Shown here: one piece after another, positions 1 to 8,815 of the stretch | How the letters are laid out: each line of letters starts with the position of its first letter | Numbering within the stretch: position 1 is the stretch's first letter | Source of the DNA: a virus | DNA length: 64,000 nt | IMG/VR virus record: IMGVR_UViG_3300030085_003750 | Span: 1 to 64,000 of that record | Direction: 5' to 3' (one strand) | Notes under the pieces: model-generated | What the model was told of the DNA's origin: nothing | The model's input: only the letters and a program-made list of their open reading frames with translations | Databases searched by the model: none | Translations under genes and position numbers: made by a program

Positions 1-2
1 GA

Positions 3-2666
3 GGACAATCTAATAATTTAGTGTCTGGACAAAATTACAATAATACATATGACAAAATCTATCACAGATTTCCAAAGGTTTTAGATACTATGGCACACAA
101 TTTTGATGCAAACGGTGATGGTCAAATTGTATTCTCATTTGACAAAGTTGGCGGACTCGATGTTAATTATATAGATAATAATCCTGAATGGGATTTTAAT
201 ATCACTATAGAAGAAGAAGTGGTTGGAACTCTCGACTCTACGATGTTAAACCAAACTAAGACGACCTCCAGTACTGCTGCTTTCTTCAACACAAATAGTA
301 TTCCTTTAGTTTCAAAGATTCCCCTAGAAGCAAATTATTCTTCCAATATAACAATGACGCTTCAAGAAAACTTTAATAATAATATTTCTATCGGACCAAA
401 CCCGAGTACAAATTATATTAATACAATCAACAATGGTAATTTAAATACATCTGCACCAGTGTTTGCAAATGATTATTCTGGTTCTCCAAGAGTTTTTCAG
501 ATGAATGATGTTACTATGAATGATATTGCAAACTATCCAAATACTACTGTTGTTCCATTTGATGTTGAGTTTAGTGATGTTCAAGGGACATATGCCCTTA
601 GTGGAAAAAAGGTTTCCTTCAAGGTTCCTATAAACTTTGACAATTATTTTACAAATGCAGAACCTTATTTTTCTTTTGGTCTAGTAATAAATCACAAAGA
701 TAGTAGTAATGTCAATCGGTCAACGTCAGGTGCTTACATACAATCTGATGGTACTTTATACGCAGAATCTCAGGTTGTTCAAGAGAAAAAAGATGAAATA
801 AAACAATCTTCTGTTTATAAAGTTAGAGACTTTACGAAGGAAGGTGAATTTTATACTTTTACATTTGATTTAAACATTCCAGATAGTGCGGTGGATTGGT
901 TAGTAACTCCGTCAATATCACCTTCTAGACAAATAAATTATGCTTTATATGTTTATGTAGAAGATGAGTTGATGACTTATAACGCAGATAGCAAAGTCGT
1001 GACAGGTAATTCAGAAGGTAATACCGAACTTGTTCCGAATTTAACCCCAAGAGCAGATTTTAATGATATGTCCACCTGGACACTTGTTAATGCTATTACA
1101 GGTACAGATGATATATTTACAAAAAATAATACGCTAGAAGTTATATCAATTTCATCCAATTTTGTTCCGACCGCTAGTGATTCTTCTTTGCAAGTCGATT
1201 GGTCATTTGATTACGAACTTGAAGACCCTTACAAGAAACCTTATAGTGGTTCAAAAATTCAACCAAGTGCTAGATTTGAATTAAGAAACGTGGGAAGCAG
1301 TACGTTTAGAACCTCTTCCTCTAGTGGTGCAAGTTCCCTGAACGCCAGTACTGCAAGTAATGCTATCAACTTAACGGGTTTTTTAAATAACAATTCTTAT
1401 AATCCAAAGGAAGACCTAGAGATTATTATAAGACCTCAGACACAAATTCGTTCGTACACTAGAGGAAGCAGTTATATTGGTAGTTCAACGCATTCACACA
1501 TCAATAGAGAATTAATAATAACTGCAAATTATAGAGATTTAATTATTCCAACTTTTGATGAATTAGATGCTGACAGTTCTTTAAATCAAGATAATGTTGT
1601 TGGAAATACTGGATTTGAGAATAAAATTTATTGGTTCTACAATAAAGAACAATTAAAAAATGTGACATCAGTATTTGATTCTTCCAAAGAAAAAATAAAA
1701 ATTGTTAGAAAGATAAGACAAAGTGAGCAAGTCTATGATATAGGACACTCAATAATTTTAGATATGTATGGTTCTGATGTAGCAAGAGAAAGTCACTCTG
1801 CCGACTTATGGAAAATAAGTTGGACAGACAACTTGGATAATGTCTCTGATTATACTTCACAAGGATTAAATAGCAGTCTTCCTTATTCATTTGAGTATGA
1901 GTTAATTCCTTGTTTTGCATATTATCAGGGTACTAATTCAGCAGACGAGTCTATCGTAGAGATTACTGATAAAAAGGTTTCGACGTTTCTCATACCAGAC
2001 GAATTCCCCATAGGTAACAATGGTGTCATAAGTTTGACACATAATCACAATAGCGAACACTCTGTTGAACTTCTATGGAAACATGTTTATGATGAAGGTG
2101 TAAAGACACTTAGAAGCATTGATGCAAAAATTTATTTTGATATATACTGGTTTTTTGATGAGACAGATGAACAGAAATCATTAAGAGATATTGTAAAACC
2201 AAGAAATCTAAAGTCAAGATTTTATAAAGAAAGGCAGGTAGACGCCAATACTTGGAATTTCATAGATAGAGTTAATTATTCATATCCACAGAGTGAAACT
2301 CTAGATGAAGAGTATGATTATTCTTATATTTGGAATTATGATAAAATGGAAGATAACTATAAAATAAATATTGCAATAATTACGGTAATTGAAAGTCCAG
2401 TGATTGGAGATTCTTTATCACAAAATATAGCAACATCAAGAGGAGTATCTAACACGCTTAATTCAGTTGTAAATACAAGCAGGAAAGCAAAGAAAGCAAA
2501 GATGCTCCCAGTGAAAGATTTGAAGAGACAGTCGCTTCGTCATATTAAGAGAGGTCTGGAATTTGATATCTCTCATATTCCTAATCTAGACCAAGTTCCA
2601 ATTTCTATTACAAGAAAGAAGGCAAAACCAAGAGGTAGTGATAAACCTTATAGTTCCTCGACATAA
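3..2666 (+). CDS. Large Asn/Ser/Thr-rich hypothetical protein, probably a virion structural protein; 5'-truncated by the window edge
   Basis: The frame is open from position 3 (gga caa tct aat aat tta gtg...), so the GTG at 21 need not be the true start. Beta-rich composition, no recognisable catalytic motif. Confidence 0.6.
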   Translation, partial: GQSNNLVSGQNYNNTYDKIYHRFPKVLDTMAHNFDANGDGQIVFSFDKVGGLDVNYIDNNPEWDFNITIEEEVVGTLDSTMLNQTKTTSSTAAFFNTNSIPLVSKIPLEANYSSNITMTLQENFNNNISIGPNPSTNYINTINNGNLNTSAPVFANDYSGSPRVFQMNDVTMNDIANYPNTTVVPFDVEFSDVQGTYALSGKKVSFKVPINFDNYFTNAEPYFSFGLVINHKDSSNVNRSTSGAYIQSDGTLYAESQVVQEKKDEIKQSSVYKVRDFTKEGEFYTFTFDLNIPDSAVDWLVTPSISPSRQINYALYVYVEDELMTYNADSKVVTGNSEGNTELVPNLTPRADFNDMSTWTLVNAITGTDDIFTKNNTLEVISISSNFVPTASDSSLQVDWSFDYELEDPYKKPYSGSKIQPSARFELRNVGSSTFRTSSSSGASSLNASTASNAINLTGFLNNNSYNPKEDLEIIIRPQTQIRSYTRGSSYIGSSTHSHINRELIITANYRDLIIPTFDELDADSSLNQDNVVGNTGFENKIYWFYNKEQLKNVTSVFDSSKEKIKIVRKIRQSEQVYDIGHSIILDMYGSDVARESHSADLWKISWTDNLDNVSDYTSQGLNSSLPYSFEYELIPCFAYYQGTNSADESIVEITDKKVSTFLIPDEFPIGNNGVISLTHNHNSEHSVELLWKHVYDEGVKTLRSIDAKIYFDIYWFFDETDEQKSLRDIVKPRNLKSRFYKERQVDANTWNFIDRVNYSYPQSETLDEEYDYSYIWNYDKMEDNYKINIAIITVIESPVIGDSLSQNIATSRGVSNTLNSVVNTSRKAKKAKMLPVKDLKRQSLRHIKRGLEFDISHIPNLDQVPISITRKKAKPRGSDKPYSSST

Positions 2667-2693
2667 TTTATTCTCTCTTTATCCTCTTAAAGA

Positions 2694-2700
2694 CTAATTA
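2694..2700 (+). promoter_or_regulatory. Putative phage late-promoter motif CTAATTA
   Basis: Intergenic copy of the CTA(T/A/C)TTA motif found upstream of about nine genes; followed by RBS GGAGGA at 2732-2737. Confidence 0.55.
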
Positions 2701-2743
2701 TAGTTGATAATTTTCATTTTTTGCTTGACTCGGAGGAACCATT

Positions 2744-2998
2744 ATGATAGATTTAAGAAGAATGACGAGAAAGTTTATTATGAACGAAGGTAAACAACAA
2801 GTCAATTGGCAAGCACTCGTTCAATCTATCGAGGAAGCGTTATCCTCTATCCGCACAAGTTCACTTCGAGATAATAGAAGAGTTGAACTTGCAAAACACA
2901 ATCTAAAAGAAATTAAGAGACATTTAAGAAAAGCAAACGAGAGAATTGAGACTCTCGAAGAACAACTTCGTATCCTAGAAGAAGGAACAAAGGAGTAA
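2744..2998 (+). CDS. Small coiled-coil hypothetical protein, possibly head-internal
   Basis: 84-aa ORF with strong RBS, heptad-rich C-terminus and N-terminal MIDLRRMTRKFIMNE leader. Confidence 0.7.
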   Translation: MIDLRRMTRKFIMNEGKQQVNWQALVQSIEEALSSIRTSSLRDNRRVELAKHNLKEIKRHLRKANERIETLEEQLRILEEGTKE

Positions 2999-3002
2999 GT
3001 AC

Positions 3003-5954
3003 ATGGGCGGTTTAGGCGGTCACGTAGACCATCTTTATGACAACACAGACTTATCTTTTACAGACATGATAAAGATAATGACTGCTGCATCCAACGGTGA
3101 GATTACTGGTGGAGAGAAATTAGACGGTCAAAACCTCTTTGTATCTTATTCTGTAAAAGACGGAAAAGCAAAAGCAGCAAGAAATGTAGGAAATGTAAAA
3201 AAAGGTGGTATGGATGCGGAAGCACTTGCTGCTAAATTTGCTGGTAGAGGGACTCTAGAGAAAGCATTCAATGGTGCATTCGAAGCATTTGTGGATGCTG
3301 TTTCTCAAATGTCTGATGAAGTGAAAATTAAAGTGTTTGGTCCCGATGCAAATATCTTCTATAATGCAGAAGTTATGGACCCTGAAAATCCAAACATCAT
3401 CAATTATAATTCAAAGAGTCTTATCATTCATCGAGACGGACACGGTGAGTATGACAGAGAGACTGGTAAGGTTACTGATAGAGATGTATCCTCAGAAGCA
3501 AGTCTTCTCGGTAATGCTCTTAAATCTGTTGAAAAATCAGATAAAGAAGGTGCATTCGGAATAGAAATGAAGGCAGTTGAAAGACTAAGAGCATTAGATA
3601 ACGATGAGGTACTAAATTCCACAACATCTCGTTTAAAACAACTACTCTCACAGTCAGGTGTAGGCGCAGGTGCAACAGTTGGCGAATATATTGTGTCTAA
3701 ACTAGATGCTCTTATCGAAAGAATGTTCCCAGATTTAGACGAAGATACTAAAAAATTACTAATGCAGCGAATGTTTGGTGTAAAAGGCACGACTGCAACA
3801 CAAATATACAAGCGAATTAGTGACCCTTCTGTTAAATCAGCAGTTCGAGACTTCATTAAGGACCAGAAACGAGTTAGAAAAGAAATTATTTTCCCTCTTG
3901 AGGACATTGTACATGATTTTGCGGTGGCAATGCTTGATGGATTGAAGTCAAGATTCGTTCTTTCCCACAAAGACGAGATAAATCGCATCGCAGACAGAGT
4001 AGAACAAGCAATTGCAGAGATTGAAGCGGAGGGTGATGAGACAAAAACCCAAAAACTTAAAGCAAGTTTAGGTAAATTAAAGAGTTTAGACAAGATTTCA
4101 TCCTCAATGGAAGGTTTTGTGTTCGCTTATGATGGTCATACATATAAATTAACAGGTTCTTTTGCTCCTGTTAACCAAATTATGGGATTATTGCCTTGGG
4201 AAAAGAAAAAAGGTGGTGATTTAAACGAAAACCAGGAAGAAACTCAAAGAATTGGGTTATTTCCAGGTAAATTCAAACCGCCGCACACAGGGCACTTCCT
4301 CGGTGCTAAGGAAATGATTGACTCTTACGGCGCTGATAAGGTTTTTGTCATTATTTCAAAGAAGGCAGTTAAAAGAGAGACCGAGAAGGGATTATTTATT
4401 GTTTATCCAGAGACTTCTGAGAAGATTTGGAACAAATATATTGAAGAGAACGGATATAAAGGCAAAATTGTTGTTAATATCTCTTCCTATCCTTCGCCAA
4501 TTGCAGATTCTTACGAAATGTTGAAAGAATTTCCTGCTGGAACAACAGTTTTGGTCTCAAAGGGCGAAAAAGATGCAGACGACCCTCGTTTTGCTCGTAT
4601 GCAACAGTTTATTGAAAAGAATAACTTGCCTGTTAGGGCAGAATTGGTGGATGGTTCAATGTCCGATACAGGAGCAAGCGGAACCAAGTTAGGTTTAGCG
4701 GTCGCTAACGGAGATTTTGAAACTTTTAAGAAAATGATTCCTCTTTCTGGTGGTTCTGCAATGGAACTTTGGGAAGAACTTACAAGTCAAGTAATTGATG
4801 AGCAAAATGACATTCCTTATCAATCTATTTTAGAAATGATTGACGAGGCAATCAACATTGATGACAATCCTGTCCCTGGTGGGCAGTTAGGCGGTCCACA
4901 AAGGACTGGTGAAGACGACTCAACCGACGATGAAGAATCCGAAACAGAAAAATCCAATAAGAAAGGGGGTGAATCTAATACAGAGGTTGAGGTTACAACA
5001 AAGACTGTTGTAAATGTTTCCGTAAACGGCAATGATGTTAGTGTCACTACAAATGAAGGTAGTGAAGAGGAAACAAGAGAGGTTATCAGTGAAGAATCTG
5101 AAGAACCTTCAGAAAGAGGTATTATTAATTTAGATTTTGGAATGGGTCTGTCTCGAATGGATTTACCTCAAATAAAATCTACTGATGTTCCAGAATTTAT
5201 TGAATGGTTAGATAGTAAAGATATAGACTCTGTGAAAACCTCTATGCAAGTTGGAGAACTTACGCCTATACAAAAGGAAATTAATTTATCAAAAACTGAT
5301 TCGATGGCAGCGAAGCACAGTTCGGGCGAAATTGATTTGTCCAAGGGCAAACCTGTTATGGTATCAGGTGATGAATATCTTATAGACGGTCATCACCGAT
5401 GGTATGCCCTTAGAGAGTTAGACCCAGATAATAGACTCGATGTCATCATGATTGATTCACCTATTCTGGACCTAATTTCTCTTATGAAAGAATTTCCAAA
5501 GACTTCTTACAAGAAACCAGTTGATGAGATGTCTATCGAACCAGTCAATGAATCTTACGGAAAGGTCGATGGCGGTGGACCGAGTGTTATTAATGTAGGC
5601 AAGATGAAAATCGTTATCGACGTGGAAGATATGGATTTGAAACCTTCCAAGCATGGTGAGGAGCGACGATTCAGGCACGGTGCAGGTAAAACTATATCCA
5701 AAGACTCCATTTTGCAAGCAGCAGAACGTGGGTTGGGTCTAGTTATACAAGACTATGCAAATGGTGAGATTGGAAATGGAGAAGCGTTTGTTATTCGACA
5801 TAAAGCAAATGCTAAAACACCAGCATTGAATTTGGTTTGTGCGTTAGAAATGAAAAAAGGACCAGATACGATGAAAATTATTACTGTCATGAGAAAAGAC
5901 GATTTTAAGACGGATAACTTCGGTGGTGGAAAACAAAAAACTTACAATGTTTGA
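3003..5954 (+). CDS. Multidomain protein: ATP-dependent ligase-like (DUF6267-type) domain + HxGH cytidylyl/adenylyltransferase domain + ParB/Srx-like domain + C-terminal BECR/DUF4258-like putative RNase
   Basis: EKLDG (3114-3128) and EGFVF..YKLTG (from 4110) resemble ligase motifs I/IV/V. FPGKFKPPHTGH (HTGH 4284-4295) is a HIGH-type motif. LIDGHHRW (DGHHRW 5385-5402) is the ParB signature. SKHGEERRFRH...ISK...IITVMRK resembles BECR/DUF4258. Confidence 0.7.
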   Translation: MGGLGGHVDHLYDNTDLSFTDMIKIMTAASNGEITGGEKLDGQNLFVSYSVKDGKAKAARNVGNVKKGGMDAEALAAKFAGRGTLEKAFNGAFEAFVDAVSQMSDEVKIKVFGPDANIFYNAEVMDPENPNIINYNSKSLIIHRDGHGEYDRETGKVTDRDVSSEASLLGNALKSVEKSDKEGAFGIEMKAVERLRALDNDEVLNSTTSRLKQLLSQSGVGAGATVGEYIVSKLDALIERMFPDLDEDTKKLLMQRMFGVKGTTATQIYKRISDPSVKSAVRDFIKDQKRVRKEIIFPLEDIVHDFAVAMLDGLKSRFVLSHKDEINRIADRVEQAIAEIEAEGDETKTQKLKASLGKLKSLDKISSSMEGFVFAYDGHTYKLTGSFAPVNQIMGLLPWEKKKGGDLNENQEETQRIGLFPGKFKPPHTGHFLGAKEMIDSYGADKVFVIISKKAVKRETEKGLFIVYPETSEKIWNKYIEENGYKGKIVVNISSYPSPIADSYEMLKEFPAGTTVLVSKGEKDADDPRFARMQQFIEKNNLPVRAELVDGSMSDTGASGTKLGLAVANGDFETFKKMIPLSGGSAMELWEELTSQVIDEQNDIPYQSILEMIDEAINIDDNPVPGGQLGGPQRTGEDDSTDDEESETEKSNKKGGESNTEVEVTTKTVVNVSVNGNDVSVTTNEGSEEETREVISEESEEPSERGIINLDFGMGLSRMDLPQIKSTDVPEFIEWLDSKDIDSVKTSMQVGELTPIQKEINLSKTDSMAAKHSSGEIDLSKGKPVMVSGDEYLIDGHHRWYALRELDPDNRLDVIMIDSPILDLISLMKEFPKTSYKKPVDEMSIEPVNESYGKVDGGGPSVINVGKMKIVIDVEDMDLKPSKHGEERRFRHGAGKTISKDSILQAAERGLGLVIQDYANGEIGNGEAFVIRHKANAKTPALNLVCALEMKKGPDTMKIITVMRKDDFKTDNFGGGKQKTYNV

Positions 5955-5963
5955 GGAAAAATA

Positions 5964-6734
5964 ATGATTGATAGAAATGAAATGATTCAAGAACTTAAAC
6001 TTCGTGAATTTATTAAAAGAGCGATTCGAGTTCGTGCAGCGAATAAAAAACAATCCCGCATTTGGGAAGAACATGAACTGAGAAGTATTATTCGTAAACT
6101 TCTTAAAGAAGCACCAACAGAAAAGGTTCAGCATCGCTCTACTGGTATAAATGTACTAGAAGATTTACTGAAGAAAATTATTCCTGTAATTGAGCAGGAT
6201 TATAAAATGCTTACAACTGATGTAGAGCAGAGGAAATCTTTCTCTGCACATATCACGGTTGCTACCGAAAATGCACTTGCACCTGTCATGGCGAATAAAG
6301 AAGCGGGAGCAGAAGATGATAAATTCATTGGTATCAGCGAGATTGAAAACATTAATGAAATAGAAGTTGAAATTGGTGAAAGACCAGAAGACGATGATGC
6401 TTTCATTGATATTGATGCAGATGAAAAAGAAGAGGAAGAAGAAGGAAACTTTGAGAACCTTGGCGATGAAGATAAGACTGGTGCAAATTTTGCTCAAGCG
6501 ACTTTTGATAAAATTGAAAAACAGATTATTGATGCTTATTCGCTACTGAGCAATGAAGAGGACCAAAAATTATTTTATGATTACCTTATCACAAATATAA
6601 AATTATACTTTGATAAATTCGAGGCAGAATTGGACCCTGATATTGCAGAACCAACGACGGATGAGTATGAGGATGAAAAAGATAATATCGAAGGTGAAGA
6701 GGAACTTGGTGGAGAAGAAGAGTTAGAACTATAA
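5964..6734 (+). CDS. Acidic hypothetical protein, possibly prohead core/internal
   Basis: 256-aa ORF with RBS GAGG. Basic N-terminus with two LR(E/S)(F/I)I(K/R) helices, then a very Glu/Asp-rich body. Confidence 0.7.
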   Translation: MIDRNEMIQELKLREFIKRAIRVRAANKKQSRIWEEHELRSIIRKLLKEAPTEKVQHRSTGINVLEDLLKKIIPVIEQDYKMLTTDVEQRKSFSAHITVATENALAPVMANKEAGAEDDKFIGISEIENINEIEVEIGERPEDDDAFIDIDADEKEEEEEGNFENLGDEDKTGANFAQATFDKIEKQIIDAYSLLSNEEDQKLFYDYLITNIKLYFDKFEAELDPDIAEPTTDEYEDEKDNIEGEEELGGEEELEL

Positions 6735-6752
6735 CTTTTTGTTTTCTACTGA

Positions 6753-6759
6753 CTATTTA
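6753..6759 (+). promoter_or_regulatory. Putative late-promoter motif CTATTTA
   Basis: Intergenic (gactatttataac), upstream of RBS GGAGGA at 6781 and ATG at 6794. Confidence 0.55.
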
Positions 6760-6793
6760 TAACAGTTATTTTTTAAAATTGGAGGACATTTAA

Positions 6794-7177
6794 ATGTCAA
6801 AACAAAGAAGAATTAAAAAAGGTATTAAGCAGAAACTAAAACTTGATGTTGCTGCTGGTACTTATGCAACAGATGCTGCTGCAATTGCTGCTCTTAAAGC
6901 AGGCGTTGCTGCTGGCACAATCGACGATGCTGATTTACTTACTTGGGTTATCGACCCAGACCAAGATAATTTAGCGACAGACGACGCTGGTCGTAAAGAG
7001 GCAATTAAGGCAGGTCTTACAGACGGTACTGCTGCTGGCAATATCTTACAGGATGCTGGTGAAACTGAAGAAGCAGCGGGTACAGACCCAGTTGTTGCTG
7101 ACACAGATGCAGGCGGGACTGATGACGGTGCCGAGGTTGATGCAGGTACAGACCCACTTGACGATACTGACGACTAA
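6794..7177 (+). CDS. Ala/Asp/Gly-rich low-complexity protein with a basic N-terminus
   Basis: 127-aa ORF, strong RBS, AGTDP repeated twice. Confidence 0.7.
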   Translation: MSKQRRIKKGIKQKLKLDVAAGTYATDAAAIAALKAGVAAGTIDDADLLTWVIDPDQDNLATDDAGRKEAIKAGLTDGTAAGNILQDAGETEEAAGTDPVVADTDAGGTDDGAEVDAGTDPLDDTDD

Positions 7178-7188
7178 TCGAGGTTTAG

Positions 7189-7530
7189 TTGCATAACGAA
7201 CGACCCCACAAAACTTATTCTGTTTCAAAGCAGTTAAAAAATGAAAATAAAATAAATGAACTCTTTGAGATTCAGTTATCCCAACTGAGTCTTGAAGAAG
7301 TCATTGCTTTGAAATTAGAACTCGCCACAAGAGAAATGGACGGGAAGATGTATGGTCTTCCTATCTGGAAAAACTTACCTATGATAATTAAAGACGCAGT
7401 GCTCAGGGCAGCAATTTCTGGTTCTGCCACCCGACGAGATGCTGCAAGATTCCTTGGAATCAAATATTCCAACCTCAAGGAAACCCTTAAAAATTATGGA
7501 CTTTTTCATTATTTCAAAAAAAGAGGTTAA
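7189..7530 (+). CDS. Fis-type helix-turn-helix DNA-binding protein
   Basis: C-terminal AVLRAAISGSATRRDAARFLGIKYSNLKETLKNYGL matches the Fis/NtrC HTH_8 pattern (AARxLGI...L..KLK.YGL). TTG start with GAGG RBS. Confidence 0.65.
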   Translation: MHNERPHKTYSVSKQLKNENKINELFEIQLSQLSLEEVIALKLELATREMDGKMYGLPIWKNLPMIIKDAVLRAAISGSATRRDAARFLGIKYSNLKETLKNYGLFHYFKKRG

Positions 7531-7666
7531 CAAGACTTTTTTTACAGTATATTATTATTAAGTTAGAAAAGTAATCTAAGAAAAAAAAACCCAAGTCTGA
7601 GTCTGAGTAAATAAGTCTAATACTAATATAACAATTTAAGAATCTCTCCTTTTATCCTCTGAGTTT

Positions 7667-7673
7667 CTACTTA
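7667..7673 (+). promoter_or_regulatory. Putative late-promoter motif CTACTTA
   Basis: Motif variant preceded by TTTATCCTCT at the same 6-nt spacing as the 2694 copy. Confidence 0.45.
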
Positions 7674-7699
7674 CTAATAGTTTTAGTGAGGGTAGAGAC

Positions 7700-8815
7700 T
7701 TGAAAATAAGCAAGCATATAAAAATCGGTATCACATCTCAGTGTGATGAAAATCTTTTTGGAAATGGACTTAAATCTAATGTCTGGTTTCTTTATAGACT
7801 TTTGAAAGGTGTAGGATATGATATACATCTTGTATCAGAGTCTGACAAACATTATGGCAATAAATTATTAGGTGTTGAGATTGAAAAACTTGATACCATG
7901 TCAATACAAAATTATAACATTATAATTCAGTGTGCGAACTCACTCAGTGAAACTTGTAGAAAGATTCTTAGAGGACAGGGTGGAATTGTAGGTTCATGTG
8001 AGTATGGAAATAAGATTCTTATTGACATGGGTACAATGGTTTATGGAGGACCAGGAGAAAACACTTTCACAATGCCAGATGTAGATTTCTACTGGACTTC
8101 ACCTCACTTTGAGAGAACAAAAAATGCACTTCAGACTCTTGCCAAGGCACCTGTGAGTATATGTCCTTACATTTGGTCACCAGAGATTATCACAAAGTCT
8201 TATATGAATGCTGGGTATAATCCTTATTTTGGTGAACATGTTAATTTAAAAAATGTCGCTATTATGGAATCAAATCTCTACATGGTTAAAATGTGTTTTA
8301 TTCCTATGCTGATTGCAGAAGAACTTTATGATAGAGACTCAGACATGATTGATAATGTATTTAATGTAGGTTCTTCGAAATTGAAAGATAAGAAAAACTT
8401 CCAGAGATATTGTACAAGATTTAATTTAGTGAAAGATAAGAAAATGTCATTCGAAGGAAGATGGGCATTAAATTTTCTCCTTCACAAGGGATATGCTGGT
8501 ACCATAGTATCACATCAGTGGTGTAACGAGTTGAATTATCTTCAGTTAGAATCAATGTATTTTAACTTGCCTTTCGTTCATAATAGTGATACATTTAAGG
8601 AACATGGTTATTATTATCCAGAGTTTGATGTTCATGCAGGAGCAGACGCTCTAAAAGAGGCAATTAACGAACATCCAAAAAGATATCTAGAAGACAGACC
8701 TAAGAACAACGAACTTATGTGGAGATATAATCCAAACAACAAAAAGAACGTTGATGGTTATGTTGAACTTCTAGAAGAACAAATTCAGAAGCATTTCTCG
8801 GAAGGAGAGTTTTGA
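7700..8815 (+). CDS. DUF2827-like protein (putative glycosyltransferase fold)
   Basis: KIGIT...LFGNGLKSNVWFLYRLL at the N-terminus and VSHQWCNELNYLQLE..Y.NLPFVHNS....GYYY at the C-terminus resemble DUF2827. Confidence 0.6.
   Translation: MKISKHIKIGITSQCDENLFGNGLKSNVWFLYRLLKGVGYDIHLVSESDKHYGNKLLGVEIEKLDTMSIQNYNIIIQCANSLSETCRKILRGQGGIVGSCEYGNKILIDMGTMVYGGPGENTFTMPDVDFYWTSPHFERTKNALQTLAKAPVSICPYIWSPEIITKSYMNAGYNPYFGEHVNLKNVAIMESNLYMVKMCFIPMLIAEELYDRDSDMIDNVFNVGSSKLKDKKNFQRYCTRFNLVKDKKMSFEGRWALNFLLHKGYAGTIVSHQWCNELNYLQLESMYFNLPFVHNSDTFKEHGYYYPEFDVHAGADALKEAINEHPKRYLEDRPKNNELMWRYNPNNKKNVDGYVELLEEQIQKHFSEGEF

Noticed and set aside
3428-4093. 221-aa minus-strand ORF, and the many other 60-220 aa antisense or alternate-frame ORFs (e.g. 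21542-22213, 33101-33697, 59870-60322)
   Set aside because: They lie wholly within long motif-bearing + strand genes, have Ser/Phe/Leu-rich shadow composition and show no recognisable motifs.
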